Assembly: GCF_006345805.1 (NCBI RefSeq)
Contig: NC_043012.1
Span: forward strand, 57,288,001-57,352,000
DNA from: Octopus sinensis
Taxonomy: Eukaryota
Direction of reading: 5' to 3'
DNA: 64,000 nt
Shown one piece after another: positions 63,881 to 64,000 of the stretch. The position numbers were made by a program, and so were the translations under genes. The notes below the pieces were generated by a model. It searched no databases. It saw only the letters and a program-made list of their open reading frames with translations, and was not told the origin of the DNA. Each line of letters starts with the position of its first letter. The first letter of the stretch is position 1.

Positions 63881-64000
63881 CTATGTTTGACTTTTGCTTT
63901 ACATTTGTACAAGTTGGCTCCAAGTCTCACCCAGAGACCTCAAGAGACAAGTTGGAAGTTCAATTATTATTATTATTATTATTATATTATTATTATTATT

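Noticed and set aside
777-63930. Most ORFs in the supplied track ([24 protein letters not shown] and HHHH rich)
   Set aside because: They are translations of microsatellites that lack stop codons, with no domain signal.

Overview
AT-rich eukaryotic DNA dominated by microsatellites ((TA)n, (TG)n, (GATA)n, (AAT)n, (GAT)n) and interspersed repeats. The repeat content suggests an octopus or other coleoid cephalopod; this is an inference, not a database result. I found no complete protein-coding gene, and almost every ORF in the supplied track is a translation of simple repeats. The sequence supports: (1) more than 60 copies or fragments of at least four SINE-like families, labelled A-D here; (2) RTE-type LINE remnants, a mariner-like fragment and several MITEs; (3) a decayed Penelope-like element (GIY-YIG remnant at 49023-49442) followed by a near-complete type I hammerhead ribozyme fold at 49618-49703, plus about ten degenerate hammerhead-like motifs in short Penelope-type repeats; (4) a decayed intron-containing tRNA-Met(CAT) at 10469-10563 (-); (5) several long inverted repeats, including an 85-bp near-perfect hairpin and a 250-bp-arm palindrome; (6) a tentative chain of very short minus-strand exons, which would make most of the window intronic to an unidentified gene. 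Repeat boundaries were read by eye and are approximate (about +/-10-20 nt) unless exact positions are given.
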